Source: the human T2T-CHM13v2.0 reference genome, Homo sapiens. Taken from it: a DNA stretch of 64,000 nt. The first letter of the stretch is position 1. The number at the start of each line of letters is the position of its first letter. The stretch lies in assembly GCF_009914755.1 (NCBI RefSeq), contig NC_060942.1, one strand, 5' to 3'. Positions 11,111 through 24,810 of the stretch are shown here, one piece after another. Position numbers and translations under genes: made by a program. Under the pieces are notes generated by a model, which was not told where the DNA came from, did no database searches, and saw nothing but the letters and a program-made list of their open reading frames with translations.

Positions 11111-14100
11111 GGATTTGAAGGGCATTTTATTTTTTTTAAAGTACATATGGAGATATCCTATTTAAGAACTCATTTAATAAAATTTTTACAGAAATCTGGC
11201 ATACCCACTACAATTTTACAAACCAAGACTTACAGATGGGTACACATCTAGTTAATGACAAAAGTGGAGTGAAACCTAGAACTCAGGGCTCCTCAACCAT
11301 CATTCATTCCACTGCCCAAGAAACCTGTGGAGCTTGCTGATTCCCGACAGCCTAAACGGCAGTCCAGAAATTTTGCAGTCACTTGACTGGAACCACCGGA
11401 GGAACCTCAGTTCTGAGCACCTAATTTCCTTTTCATATGTTTCCCAAGGCAACAAATCTCATCCGCATGCACAGACGTGTTAGCGTGAGCATGTGTGTGC
11501 ATGCATGCAATCACACACATATACACACACACCAGAATAAGATATCTGTACAGCCAGCATACCCAAGGCTGCAGCCTAGATAAAGAGATAGTTTTATAAA
11601 AAATATCTTCACTAATGTGATCAAAACCTTTCTCTGCCTCCTAAGAAAGCATAACGGAATCCACATGAGTCAGTGACATGTAACAGGAATAACCTTGAAT
11701 CCATTCTAATATATTTTAGGAGTAAATTACAAAACATGCAGCCCCTTATTACTGGCAAATTTTCTGTGGCACACTCATGACATGTCACAGCACACTAATC
11801 TGTCCTACAAGCTCAGTTGAGAACGTCTGTGTTAAAAACTGCTTCTCGCTTTTCCTTTTCCTCTCCTCCTCCTCCTCCTCAATTTCCTTGCTTTCTTTTC
11901 TCTCATGTGCCGCCTCTACATAAAATTCTATCATTTAGATTATGTCCTGATTATCATGGGAAAAATCAATAGAGCCAAGTGTTCACTTCTTAAATGCATA
12001 CTTAAATGCCTAAAATGCTTACTTATTAGTGATGAACATACCTGTACCAGCTAGGACTGAGAGGGGCAAGCCACATGAAGCCTTGATAAAATGTGAACCT
12101 TCGCTGATCCAATAGAGCGTGCATATGCACACACACAGAAACTGACACCAGCTAAAAGAAACACTCATCTACCCAACTTTCTAGTGAGGGAGCCCGTTTG
12201 AGAAACCCTTTTCAAGCATTTCAAGCATTGACAAGGTGAGGCAGGGGGCAGGCAGTCAGGAGAAGGTTATTTTGAGGGTTGGTTTAATTTATGGGGTTTA
12301 TTTGTATCCTGTAACGTTCAGCAGGAAACCTTGTAAATGATGTTTGCATGCACTAAACTGTGATAACTGAACTGATGAGTTAAAGACTTGACTGAACATT
12401 TAATGTTGCTTATTAAATAATTATGACGAGGTTTGATGAATGGCTCTGAATCCGTGAACTTCCAACTGAGATTTTCAGCATGAGTTTCATTAGACAGACA
12501 TGGATGGAGCCTGCTGCAACCCAGCTGCAAATGAGCTTACAAAACATTTGAACTGGAAACCTTCAGATGTGAATAATTCAGCTGTCTTGGTCTATCTTTC
12601 TTGGTCCCTAAACAAGTATTTCATTTTCATTTGATGATGAAGTGGAGGCAAATTATCCTATGTCTATGGGGCTCTCTGAAGCATCATTGCAAGATATCTC
12701 CATATGCACTTAATGAAAAATTAATCTGTATTCTTTGTAAAAGGAAAAAAAAAACTATTCAACTTAAAAACAAAAGTCTTATTCTGAGATGTTAATTAGC
12801 TCCCTTCCAGAATACTCAAGTGATGTGTGCACAATACAGGTGAGAGATGAAAAACACTACAATTTATTGAAGCCTGTGAACTTGTTCAGTATCTGAGACA
12901 GATTCATTTGTTATAATGACATGTGTCATCCACTTTTGAAATATCTCCATGTACTGATATAAAGGCTCATTAGACCACCCAGCAATATAATTTCAAAAAA
13001 GAAAGTATTGCAAATTTAGGATTTTTGTCCTATATCTTAACTCCCTTATGTAGCTGTGTCTATTCTTGATAGAAGATTTGATTTAGCTATCTACTGACAA
13101 TTCATATTTGTGTTTTCTTTGCTGATAGTTTTTTTATAAAGACAAGCTGAAAATCAACCCATCAATCAAAAAGAAAGTAGTCTGTAGTGGGGTGAAAGAG
13201 ATCAGATTTGAGAGAGGTGGGCTCCATTGAGAGCGGCAGTGGAAGGTGGTGGCTAGGGGCATAGAATATAAAACCTCACTAATTGTACCTAAATCCCAAT
13301 TCTACCTCCACTAGCTGTACGACAAAGTACAAGTCTGGCAGCAAAGGTGTCCCTGAGTTCTAGTTTTGCTTTTCAAGTGGCTAAAACTCCATCTGGAAAA
13401 ATCATTAAAATTCGTTGGCCTTGGTTGCCTCATCTGTGAAATGAAGCTATTGAATCCTGTGCATGCACATATTAAAATTTATTTGATGATTTAGCAAGTA
13501 GTTGTCCAAATAAAGTCTTTGTAATTACATAAGGGTATTCAATTGGTCCATAAAAGTGTAATTTTTAATAAAATTAATTTAAAATCTTTTAATGCAAGAT
13601 CTCAATGTGAAGTTTTGTTTATAATGTGCTGGGTGTTGTTAGTGGCTTAGAAATGTCAGTGGACCTTTTCCTGAATTTCTGTCTCCTAAAAAAATGAAAA
13701 AGTATCTAAATTAATTTTTACATTAATCAAAAACAGTTTGGAAGCATTTAATAAATGACAGAGAAGCACTGAAGATCATAACTGACAATGCCTCCAGACA
13801 TGATGACCATGACGTGATTCTGATGTTGTTAAACCATTTTTCCCTGGTACCCCTCCTGATGCAGTTTTTTCTCTTGCATTTATTGCCACTGATCTTAGAA
13901 AAGAAAGAAAACAAAGAAGAGAAAAGGTGTCAGACAGTGAATAGGAATGTACCACACCTTTGTACATAAGTTTGATTTAGAGAATCTGAAGAAATAAACA
14001 GTAGATATGAATAACATTCAAATCGTGTCCTTGAAGTTATTATTTTATGCCCTTATTGAAATATTCTATCACCTTTTTTAAAATGTATTCTTGGTGACTA

Positions 14101-17100
14101 TTTCAGTCAACTTAAATAAAGGACTTATATATAGATTCCATAAGTAAAATAATAAATTTAAAAATTGGGACACATACGTATTTCTAACCAGAGAGTAGTA
14201 CAGCCTGTTTTCCACTCTGCCTTGAGGGAAGGCTGCTAACTCACTCCTTCCTCCACTGCACAGCAAGCCAGTAGTGTCGCCTTGTTTATTAGCCTGTTTT
14301 CTGCTGTCCTCTAACACCCATTCCTGTATTTCTTCCACTCTTTTTTAGTCTCTGGATTAGAGAGCAAATCCAGGAGCAATAATCTAGGAATTCAAATGTA
14401 ACTGTTCTCACTATTCCATGAGCAAAGCTGTATTCTAGCAAGTCTTCCTAATCTACTTCTGCATTGCTCTTCATTGAAACATTATTCTCCCTAACACCCT
14501 GCCCAGATATTTTATTTTTCTATCCTTTTTGGTTTCCTGGCATTCAACTCTAAGATTAAATGCTGGCCTTCCCTGAAATAACCCCTAGCCTTCTTTACAT
14601 CTCTGTTTCCCAAAAACTATCTCCCCAGTTACAAATTTATGGTCATCATGACCTGTTTTACGTTTTGGAATTGACCAGAAAACTTCATTTTAGTGGGAAT
14701 GACTGATAAATAACTAAAGCAAGTAGATCTCTTTAAAAGAAAAGAAGGAGTGTGGAATGTTCAGTTAAACACTATCTGGAAGAACTGGTGAATTTTATAA
14801 ACCATCTGAAAACTAGTTCTTTGTACTATTTAGAAAGCAATTAACAGATAATTAGAATAATTAAGAATTGAACATGACTTTTTGGGGGAAGTGTTAACTA
14901 TTCAACACACTACAGTACACATATTTTATTTAAAAATTGTACTGAATTATTATAATTATTTTTAAAATTTTAATAATAATGTATAAAACATTATTCTGTT
15001 GTCACATAAATAACTACATAATAGCTTTGATTTTGCCTTTTGACTCATAAGGCTAATGAATGAATTTGCTGACCTCTCTTCTATACCTACCAAAGCCCCA
15101 TCCATGCCTAAATATTGGTCCCAGGTATCCTTTTCTATTTTGTACTTATCAATCATTTTTATAAGTGTCTTGAATAATTCTTTGTTTTTAAAGAACAGTT
15201 CTGACAGGAATTTATCTATCACACTATTTAATTACATTTTATTTTTCATAAAAGGAAAGGGACGTACAGTAGAAATACCACAGAAAAAGCGGTGTCTACA
15301 CATGCAAATTAGTTCAGAAGTTTGTTTAATGTGATCAAGCTACTAATCTGAATGGTATAATTGATATAACAGGTTGTTCTGAAACCCATGATAGTTTAAA
15401 TTTAACAGGTTTCTCCCACCCCTACTATCCACTCCCCTCAAACAAAAACCACAAAAATAATAAATAAAATAAAGCAAGCGTGCCTTTTAGTACCAAATAT
15501 AAAATGTATATTTTTGGGTCCCAAAATTGACTTTGATAAATGGTGTCTACTTTTTGTCTAATATCAAATCAAAAAGGGAGAATGAAAGTATCCAAAGTGG
15601 GTCAATATTGCATCAAAAGGGAACAAATTATGGAGTTGGCTTGGGCTAACATTACAGCAACAATAACAAAATTCTTGTTCAATGTTAATGTGTGACACCC
15701 ACATCAACATAACAGCAAAAGGATCAAGAATGAGGCAGGGTAAGTCATGAGGTCACTGAGATTTCTTAAAGTCCTGAGTCAGACTTCAACTGCCTTTGTG
15801 GAAAGTAGAACAGTGATGCCTTTGAAGAAAGCAAGCCATCAATCTTGTAAAATACCAAGGCAATCATTAGTAAAAACAAGTCAAACATCCATCCTCTTCT
15901 CCCACATTCCGCTACCCCCAAATAAACTGAGCATATTGTATAAGAAAAAGTCACATACACCAAATAATTTCCCACGAAGTTTTTATCTGCAAGAAACATT
16001 GTCAGAAGTTGTTAGATGCAAAATGAGAAATGAAAATCATCAGTTAAAATAAATAAACCAAATGATGCCAGAATGTTGTTCCAAGAAAAATTGTGACATT
16101 TCAATTGCCACAAAAATTCTGACACACAATAGATAACAACAAGGAAGTTCCAAGTTTCATTTATATCCAAGATTCTGGGGCAAGTGCTTTTAGTCTTTTA
16201 GGCAGTCAATAAACAGATGGTTTCGCTAGCATTCAAATCCCATTTTTTCCCCATTTGCTCTATAAAACAAGACAATCAGACTAAGGGAATAGTCATTCCA
16301 GTTTTACATAGTTGTCGTGTGCATGATAATCTGATGTGTATTTTTCTTGAAGATGTTTTGGAAGGGGAGAGGGGTGGTGTGTTTCTTTTTCCAAACAAAA
16401 CCGTAACATTTAAAATTGTACTGTATCTCACAAAATGCCCCCTATCAGCAGAGAGTCACCCCAGATGCTAGGTCAGCAAGGTGAATTAGGGACCACAGAA
16501 TTGCTTTGACCACAACCATGGAAACAAAAGCTGCAGGACATGCCAAAATGCCTAACTCCAAGGCATGATCTCATAGTTTAATATGATGGGCAGGCAACAT
16601 AAAACTTCAGTCATAGTTCACAAAGGGAAAATGTAATTTCTTTCTCCTTCAGTGGCAGTGATTTATAATATTTTGGCTTTGGATTTTCTTAGGTTCAGGC
16701 GTTTTTTTTTTTACTGACTCCAGTTTGTGGACAAGATCCAGACTGGCAAGAGCTGCAGAGCCTGGAGATGGTGGGAAGGCAGCCCAGAGATCAGAGATCA
16801 AGAACAAAGAAGACTGAGGTCTAACCAAAAAAGAAATAAACTTTTGTCTTCCATCCGAGTCCAACTCTTTCATTTGGGATAATACAGCTTCCAGAGTTCC
16901 TGGGAACTAGACAAACCTCATGTTCCTTCCTTTGCCACAAGTTGAGCTAGCAAGGGCTGAATAGCCCTACTATGTTGAGCCAAGAATTAGGATTGATTCT
17001 TTTCTTGCTTAGCATTTTAACTTAGAAATCAACCCTGTGTTAAACAACATAGCCACTTGCAGTCTGTCCACAAAATCATCACATTGAACTTACTTCCAGG

Positions 17101-17537
17101 CAATAAGGAGTTTTCCCTTCCAGTTATCCCAAAATGTCTTTTATCACACACAAAAAAAATGGCCATAGTCTAATTGGTGTAAAAGATGTATGAGTATGTA
17201 TATGAATAAGTGTGGGGTCATTATATACGTGTAGACTGCATACGTATTTTCCTTCAGAGTAATTTAACACATTCATTTTAATAAAGTATGAACACAAGGA
17301 ACATTCCAATAAACAGATGTTTTCTTACATATATTTTTATCTCACTTCATCTGTATATACATAGTGATATAAAGTCAATTTCTTTTTGTTAATAACCGCT
17401 GAATCATTAGAGGACAATTATAGTATCTTGCCATTCTGATTGAAAACATCTTTCCAAATAAAATGTGTTACAATAGCTATTACAAGAGTTAGGTTTTAGT
17501 TGAGATAATGTATACATCATTTAAAAATTTTAAGGAT

Positions 17538-17821
17538 GGCCAGGCATGGTAGCTCATGCCTGTAATCTCAGCACTTTGGGGGACCAAAGAGGAGGGTGGA
17601 TCACCTGAGGTCAGGAGTTCAAGACCAGCCTGGCCAACATGGTGAAACCCTGTCTCTACTGAAAATACAAAAATTAGCTGGGTGTGGTGGTGCACTCCTG
17701 TAATTCCAGCTACTTAGGAGGCTGAGGCAGGAGAATCACTTGAACCTGGGAGCCGAGATCATACCACTGCACCCTAGTCTGGAAGACAGAGTAAGACTCT
17801 GTCTCAAAAAAAAAAAAAAAA
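17538..17821 (+). mobile_element. AluS (Sx/Sz-like) with a short right-arm deletion
   Basis: Dimeric Alu, poly(A) tail, TSD TAAGGAT (17531-17537 / 17822-17828); lacks 'gcggaggttgcagtga' between 'ctgggag' and 'ccgagatc'. Confidence 0.95.
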
Positions 17822-19119
17822 TAAGGATAAACCATACAGCCATTTCCCCTAGATGTTGTAGTTGTACTACTGCCTGGCTCTGAGATGATCTACATGATCT
17901 CTTAAGGTCTCTTAGCCTCCTTGAAGTTAATTCTATGGTGATACTATAAATCTAATGCAATTCAGTTGAGTCTTAGAAGGCCTTCCATGTGTGTCCAGCC
18001 TGAATAGGGGCTTTGGTAAGTGAGTTCCAGAAGAAAAACAAGGCCAGGGATTTGCCTTTGGCAAACGCACAATTGTTGTATTAAAAGAAGCAAGATCTAT
18101 TATTTACACACAAGATTCAGAGAGACAGTGGGAAGAAGAGCACAGGAAAAGTATGATAGAAGAGTACACGAGGTTCTAAAATGAATATAAAGACAATAAA
18201 TAGAATAATAAAAGGCCCCAAATGGAAAGACATGTTTGGGCAGGAAATCTCACAGATCTTTGAAACAGGAAGGATGATAGGGGTCAGGTAACACAAGGGA
18301 GAACCATGAAACTTAATTTCCTTAACCATTACTGCCCAAACCCCACTAAATGGGGAACCATGACTCCTGATCTCTCTGCACACATTGCTATTAGAGCGCA
18401 CTACCTCTTCTGAGTTAGGCAGAGAAGTGTAGGAGGAATACTCTGCTAATAGAAATGACAGGGTTAAGTACATTTTAAATGGAATTTCAACCATGAGACA
18501 AAATTGATGCATCTCCTTTTATTGCTCAAAAGCCAATAGAATCCCTTGATCTATTCCATTCCATTTGTTTCTGTCCTGCTGAGCTAAAGGATAGAGAAGA
18601 CCTTCCTTACTCCAATAAGTGAATAGCCCTGCCTCTCTCATTGCTGCTGTGTCTTTGCTGACCTATATTTCTTGCATATGGATGGATTACCACTAGTGGG
18701 TTCAACAGATGCTATAATATCATTATGCAAATGCAGGTTCACTGCCACTCGGGGATCCTATAGACTGATCACTTCATTATCAGCCTTATCAGAAAATACA
18801 AGAGAATTGTGTCCCGTGCTCAGTGGAATGAGAACATAATTTAAATGAAGTAGTTTACTGTCTGGCTCCTCTATTGGAGTAGGAGATGAGCACAGCTGAC
18901 CTCAAAAGCTGGGATATCAACAGGCATAGCTCAGTAGAGGGACTGCCTGAGCTACCTTTCTGTGCTCTCCCTCCTCCCCTCTGCTCTGCCCTCTTCTTTC
19001 CTCCAAATAAGGACCTACATGAAGACATTTTACAGCATTTAATTTGTTCACCTGCTGTCATATATCCTTGAAGAATGTCTGCCTAGGAATAGAAACAGTT
19101 TAGCCCTGTGCCTAGAGAG

Positions 19120-19330
19120 ACAGGTTGTTTAGTGAAAATCTCTCAAACCTTAGGATCAGGAAACCTGGATTCTACACACTGGGTTCACAGTATGACCTTG
19201 AGGATTTTACGTGATTCTTTTTTTAATTTTTTTTTTCAAGTCACTCGACCTATTTAGAGCTCTTGTCTATAAAATAAAGGAGTTAGTAAAGACTATCTGT
19301 AGAGCTTCTTTTAGCAGTAACATTTTATTG
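19120..19330 (+). mobile_element. MIR3/MIR SINE
   Basis: 'atcaggaaacctggattct...tgaccttgagg...ctataaaataaaggagttag' degenerate core. Confidence 0.5.
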
Positions 19331-19699
19331 TTACCTGAAATTTTAATTTGATATATTTTTCCAAGGCTTATTCTATGAAAATAAAATGTGGCTATTGATA
19401 CTTATTCCAATTAGAAATTATCACAGTTTCCTATTAAAATGGTGCATTTAAAATTATACTAATTCATGTAGTAGATTGTGAAATATAATGTGACATTAGT
19501 ATTACTAACAAGACTAACAGACTAGAACTGGATCCCGAGTTCAGGTCCTGACACTGCCACCATGTGCTGGGCCACCTGACCCAGGTGATCAGCTCTGCCT
19601 TTATACCTAACCCAGAATGGACCTTCACATATTATCTTCCTGGAAAGTTCCAACGCAAATAAAACCTGGCATTCAATTTTCACCTTTTCTGGCAAATCT

Positions 19700-19905
19700 A
19701 CCCTCTAGATCGTTATAACCCTCTGTTTAGATTTACTACAGCATCTCTCCTATTGTAATTTAGTTACGTGTTTTTGCATTTTTCTCTATTTCTGACTGTC
19801 GACTTCTTGAAATGGAGTCTGTCTTTTAAAATTTTTACATCTACTGCTGTCACCATGGTACACTATACCTGGCACATAATAGGGTTCTGTAAATGTTTGA
19901 TTAAC
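19700..19905 (+). mobile_element. L2 3' end
   Basis: 'tacctggcacataatagggttctgtaaatgtttgatt' L2 terminus. Confidence 0.6.
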
Positions 19906-21159
19906 ACAAGTCAGGAGATTCAGGAAGAGCTGATAACAAAGTCTTGTGAAAAGGTGGTATGAAAGAGAATGCCCCAGACTCAATGCCTGGGTCAGGTGGA
20001 CATATTTTCCCATGGCCCCAAAGGAGAAGTGCCAGAAAAATATCTCCCAAAGACCTACAGTGCCTGTTGGAGGAGAAACTGACTCATCAACCTACAAAAG
20101 CTGTACCAAGCAGGTCTCGAGTTAATGTCAATGTTGCTGAGAGCCCTTCTCTAACTTCCAACTACATTGTCTCTGGGATTACTCCAAGCATGAGGGTCTG
20201 CCAACAGAAAGTAGAACAATTTTGGCTAGATTATGGAACAGAGTCTAGAGTCTACACCTAGCCTTTCATCTTGTGAAAGCTGTGCCTCTGAGACAATTCC
20301 ACTGGCCTCTAACTCCCTGGACAAGTGAAGAGCAGTACTCACTGCCTTTAGGCTAGGAAGGCATCAGAAAGCCCAACTGTTAACTCTGGAACAAAGGTTT
20401 CACCCATCTAAATGGTAGGTTAATGACAGCTTTGCAATTATAATCCTAAAACTCATCATCTCTACCCAGATTTTTTTTTTTTTTTCAGAAAAAGCAGAAG
20501 CCCTAGCATTACTGGTGAATAAGTGAAAAAATGGTTAAGTAGACACAAGGTTCAGCATCTTCATTATTTAGCTGAGTATATCATAAAATGTTTAAATTTG
20601 AAGAGAAACTTAGAATTATCATATGTTACCATTCATTTGACAAAGAAAACCGAGGATGAGAAATGTTGGCATCTCTTCCTTGATTCCCTAATTAATCAGT
20701 GGTCACAGTTCTTCTTGCTTCTAATCTATCGTTATTCCCATAACATCAACTATGGGATCTGTTCTTTTGCATGAATCCTTTGCTTCAACTACTGATGGCA
20801 AAGCTTCTATAGTTGACTGAGATCCTCTTAAAGTCTAGTCACATTCTCTTGGGACATCACTTATAAGGGTTCAGGGCATCCCTTCATTGTGTAAATAATT
20901 ATTGCATTACAATTGTTTGCCAGGCATTCTGGTCAAGCTATAGTGACATTCACAGGCAAATATTCTACATTTCCTATTTTATAGATACTTAGAATTTTAC
21001 ATAAACATATAAAATATTAATCATTACCCTTTTTTCCTCACCCTGTCATCCCCTGTATCAGCTAGCTATCCAATGACTAGCAAAAGATACATTGATCACT
21101 ACGATGGGATCTTATGATTTAAAAAATGATGCTCAATTACAAATGGCCAACTCCCAAGA

Positions 21160-22031
21160 GATATTATTTTAGGGGAAGAGGGATACTAAACCTTAATCAG
21201 CTTCAAAGTTCTAAGGAAATCAAAATTGGTTGGGTAGATTTTGCAACTAGAATGGCACATTTTAGAAAGTGTGAGGGACCTATTTCCTCTGTTCTCAAGA
21301 AAGTAGCAGCATGTTGGACATATCTTCTGAAGTTGGGGATTAGGTGAGCATAGAGACCAGCACTCCCTCTCTTCTGAAGTTTTCAGAGAGTGTGAAGCCA
21401 TGGGAGCACCTTGTGTCAGTGGAGCCTGAAGGAACTGTAGTGTAGTGTGTTAGGAAGGACAGGATGAAGAGGGCAGGATATCCCCATACCAGTTGCCTAT
21501 GGGTCTCAGGGAGATTTAAAGATGAACATCCTGGCTCTTACAACCCCAAGGGAAGGTACTAAGAGGTTAGTCAAAGGACAGGAGGTAAAGGAACCATTGA
21601 CCTAATATAGACAAAAGGAAGATCCAGCTACTACCTCCGGGTGATCTCCTTGCTAGGGAGACAGAATAAAATTGAATATTTCCTGAATAAACCCCCAAAC
21701 TGCCATAATTCTTCATTTTTTCTCTTGCTGTCAAAGTCCACATATGCCGAAAGAAAAAGGTCCTGCGAGGATTAGAAGTGGGAATGAGAAGAGAGAGAAA
21801 GATAAAGGAAGAATGGATAAAGGCCAAAGTAAGTTTAAAATTATAAATTGGTTATTACTAACCAAATTAAACTGAAATTTTGCTGAATTAAATTGAATTC
21901 ACAAGAACAGAAAAAGTAATCTGATATAAGTAAACTGAGGTTTCATAGCTCAAAGAAGAACTGTAGTCAAGATAACAAAACCAGTGTTTTCTTTGCACAT
22001 GTCTGAATGGCAACAATTTATGCCTATTACA
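21160..22031 (+). mobile_element. Ancient Gypsy-like mammalian LTR (MamGypLTR/LTR8x-like)
   Basis: Purine-rich body; 3' end 'ttttctttgcacatgtctgaatggcaacaatttatgcctattaca' resembles MamGypLTR termini; 5' boundary uncertain. Confidence 0.4.
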
Positions 22032-22167
22032 GGGAAAATGGAGGCTTAGCCTGAAACAAGCAAATCATATCAATTCGGAGAGCTTTATAACAGAGTAAAG
22101 AAAATGCCTTGGGAGGGGGATTACCAAGGACCCATGGGAAAAGTGGAAGGAAGATTAGGAAAGCTCT

Positions 22168-22261
22168 TCTTTGAACCAATTCTTGAAGACATAATAGTGG
22201 TTCCCCTTCCATAATCTTTGAGACAACTCTTGAAGACATAATAGGAGTTCACCTTCCATAA
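22168..22261. repeat. 47-bp tandem duplication
   Basis: tctttgaaccaattcttgaagacataatagtggttccccttccataa / tctttgagacaactcttgaagacataataggagttcaccttccataa. Confidence 0.9.
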
Positions 22262-22268
22262 CAGGTAG

Positions 22269-22812
22269 TCAGGAGGAAATTGGCAGGACTTGTTGTGTGG
22301 TCATAACACTGCTGACCAAGACAGAATCCGGTCTAGACAGGATAAAGTGAAAAAACTGGCAGGAACCAACAGATGGCAACAAATATGATTTCTGGCTGCC
22401 CTCATTACTCATTGGCATAAGACACTTCCACCAGCTCCATGACAATTTACAAATGTCACAGCAACAACTTGGAAGTTACTAATCCTTTCCAGGGCAAAGA
22501 CATTGAATTACTACCCCTTTCCTAGAATGTTCTATTAACAAATAACCTGTCCCTCAATTGCACTAACCCACCTCTTAATTTGCATGTAATTGAAAGTGGG
22601 CTTAGGCAAGTCTAAATACAGTCACCAAGAGCCTATATATTGTGGAGTCTGAGTGCACAGCCTATGAGTTAGCCCAGCTTCTCAAGGAGCAGTATCATTC
22701 AATAAAAGATTGTTATCTTAAACCACTTTCTTGCTCTTGAATTCTTTCATGGGTGAAGCCAAAAACCCTCCCAGGCTAAACCGCAATTTTGGGGCTCCCC
22801 TGTCCTGCAATA
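22269..22812 (+). mobile_element. ERV1 solo LTR, LTR9/LTR9B-like (HUERS-P3)
   Basis: 'cataagacacttccaccagc...ttaatttgcatgtaattgaaagtggg...ttcaataaaag...gccaaaaaccctcccaggctaaaccgcaattttggggctcccctgtcctgca' matches recalled LTR9 family. Confidence 0.75.
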
Positions 22813-23084
22813 GTAAGTTTTTATTTTCCAGGAAGTAAATGGTATATTTTAGGATACACAGACACTCTATATGGCTACAGTGGATGAAGCCAGAAAGATC
22901 CGGTCATCAGCCTCTAAAGGATAGAAGAGCAAGCTCAGGAGCTGAGGGCTAACTTATGAAATGCGGGGCCACTGAGTGTCTGATCAAGCCATGTGTCGGC
23001 AGGCTATGCTGTCACCCCTTTGCATGCAAATCAAGGGCTCATCACACAGAAAACAGTGAATGAATGTTCCAGGGAAAACAATCA

Positions 23085-23315
23085 TTAACACTTCCTGAGT
23101 GGTTGCTGTGTGCCCAGCAAGCCTCCCCACACTCCACATATACAATTTCACCTAATCTCACCATCCTAGGAGGAAACTACTAGTACTACATCCATGTGCA
23201 AATAAGAAAACTGAGGAAAAGAAGGGTGAAGTAATTTAAAATTACAGTTTATAAAGAACAGAGGCTGGATTAGACCCAGGCTGGATGACTGCAGAGCCCA
23301 CATTCATAACTATTA
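23085..23315 (-). mobile_element. MIR SINE
   Basis: Antisense core 'caaataagaaaactgagg...gggtgaagtaattt...ggctggattagacccagg'. Confidence 0.65.
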
Positions 23316-23599
23316 ATAGCCCTTGGATGGATAAATGATGAATGGATTAATGAATGAGTAGATGGATATTAGAAAAGAGCCTTCTGGTGGCCTTCAAATT
23401 GCCCTTCATCGAAGATTAAAAAAATATTTCGCCAAGCTCATTTCCCTGGAATATTTTGTGAAATGTGTTGAGTTAGTAGTCAACATGAAATTTCTTTAAA
23501 ACTAAATGCCATATGGTTATATTTTCAGTTATTTCCACTCTGGGTGTGAGTTGCAGTGTATCCTCAAGCAGATTCCTTCCTCCAAAGGTGTCCCAAGAC

Positions 23600-24055
23600 C
23601 AATATTTCCTAAAGTGTGGCTCCTGAGGAGCTTATTAAAAATGCAAATTTCTGGCCTCGGCTGGGCAGGTGGCTCACACCTGTAATCCCAGCACTTTGGG
23701 AGGCTGAGGTGGGTGGATCATGAGGTCAGGAGATGGAGACCATCCTGGCCAACATGGTGAAACCCCGTCTCTACTAAAAATACAAAAGATTAGCCAGGCG
23801 TGGTGGTGTGTGCCTGTAGTCCCAGCTACTCGGGAGGCTGAGGCAGGAAAATCACTTGACCCGGGAGGCAGAGACTGCAGTGAGCTGAGATCGTGCCACT
23901 GCACTCCAGCCTGGCAACAGGGCGAGACTCCATTTAAAAAAAAGAATGCAAATTTCTGGGACTCATCTCACAGCTCCTATGTTGGCAAAGGTGGGGCTCA
24001 GTCATGAAGTTTTAATAAACTCCCCCCAAAAATCTATACACATTAAAATCTGACC
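23600..24055 (+). mobile_element. MER5A hAT MITE split by an Alu
   Basis: 'ttcctaaagtgtgg...gagcttattaaaatgcaaatttctgg' resumes after the Alu as 'aatgcaaatttctgggactc...ttttaataaactcccc'. Confidence 0.65.
23659..23943 (+). mobile_element. AluSc-like
   Basis: 'ggatcatgaggtcaggagat..agaccatcctggccaacatgg' and 'cctggcaacag' diagnostic deletions; TSD AATGCAAATTTCTGG. Confidence 0.93.
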
Positions 24056-24649
24056 AAAAAGTATACCTAGTATCATAATCCAGTATGCATATTCATACAA
24101 CTACTCATAACTGAAAGCAAGGTTTCATGAGATATTTATCTTTACATTATGTAATTTACTGTTTTATATTCTATTTTATTTTCATCTATTTTAAACCACA
24201 ACTCAAAACTTGAAAAACACTTATCTAGGAAATGACACTGTATAGACCAAGTCACTTTGCAGCAGTTGCCTTCCCAGTTCTGTGCCATCCCTTTAGGTCT
24301 GTTTTTTGCCACACCCCCTATTCCATACTGTTTCATCTCCCTTCTTCCATCAAAACTTACTTTTCCTTCTATTTCCCAGCTCTAGAATTGTTAAGTTCCT
24401 CTATGCTAACGTGAGCTAACCTGATCCAATAATCTGAGTTAAGGTGTTATCCATACCTATTTATAGGTATGTAATGTTTACATAGTAATCTAGAAAAACA
24501 CATCACTGTCGGTTTTTTAGGTAGGATTTTATGCTCCTGGACTCCCCCCAACACACACACACACCCCCACCCCCAACGGCACAGCCTGTAAGCAGGACCT
24601 CTTGTGCCTCAGTGTGGGAGCACCTCTGTTTGGCCTTCCAACCTATCCT

Positions 24650-24810
24650 ACGTATCCCATGCCCCAGCTTGGGCAAGCCCCTAATCTCCTTTCAGTCTAA
24701 GATCCTCATCTGTGTAGCAGGAAGATAATAAAGCCCTGACATAGCTGTTGTGAAGACTCAGTGAAATAAAATGCATGTGGGAGTGGCTGGCACAGTGATA
24801 GATACAACCA
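24650..24810 (+). mobile_element. MIR SINE
   Basis: 'cttgggcaagcccctaatctc...tcctcatctgtg...gctgttgtgaagactcagtgaaataa'. Confidence 0.6.

Noticed and set aside
22168-22261. Direct repeat as a CRISPR-like array
   Set aside because: Only two abutting copies with no spacers, in mammalian DNA; simple tandem duplication
23674-24007. Alu-derived ORFs (also at 17489, 39814-40230, 45805, 47110, 50069-50361, 55909)
   Set aside because: Standard Alu translation artefacts
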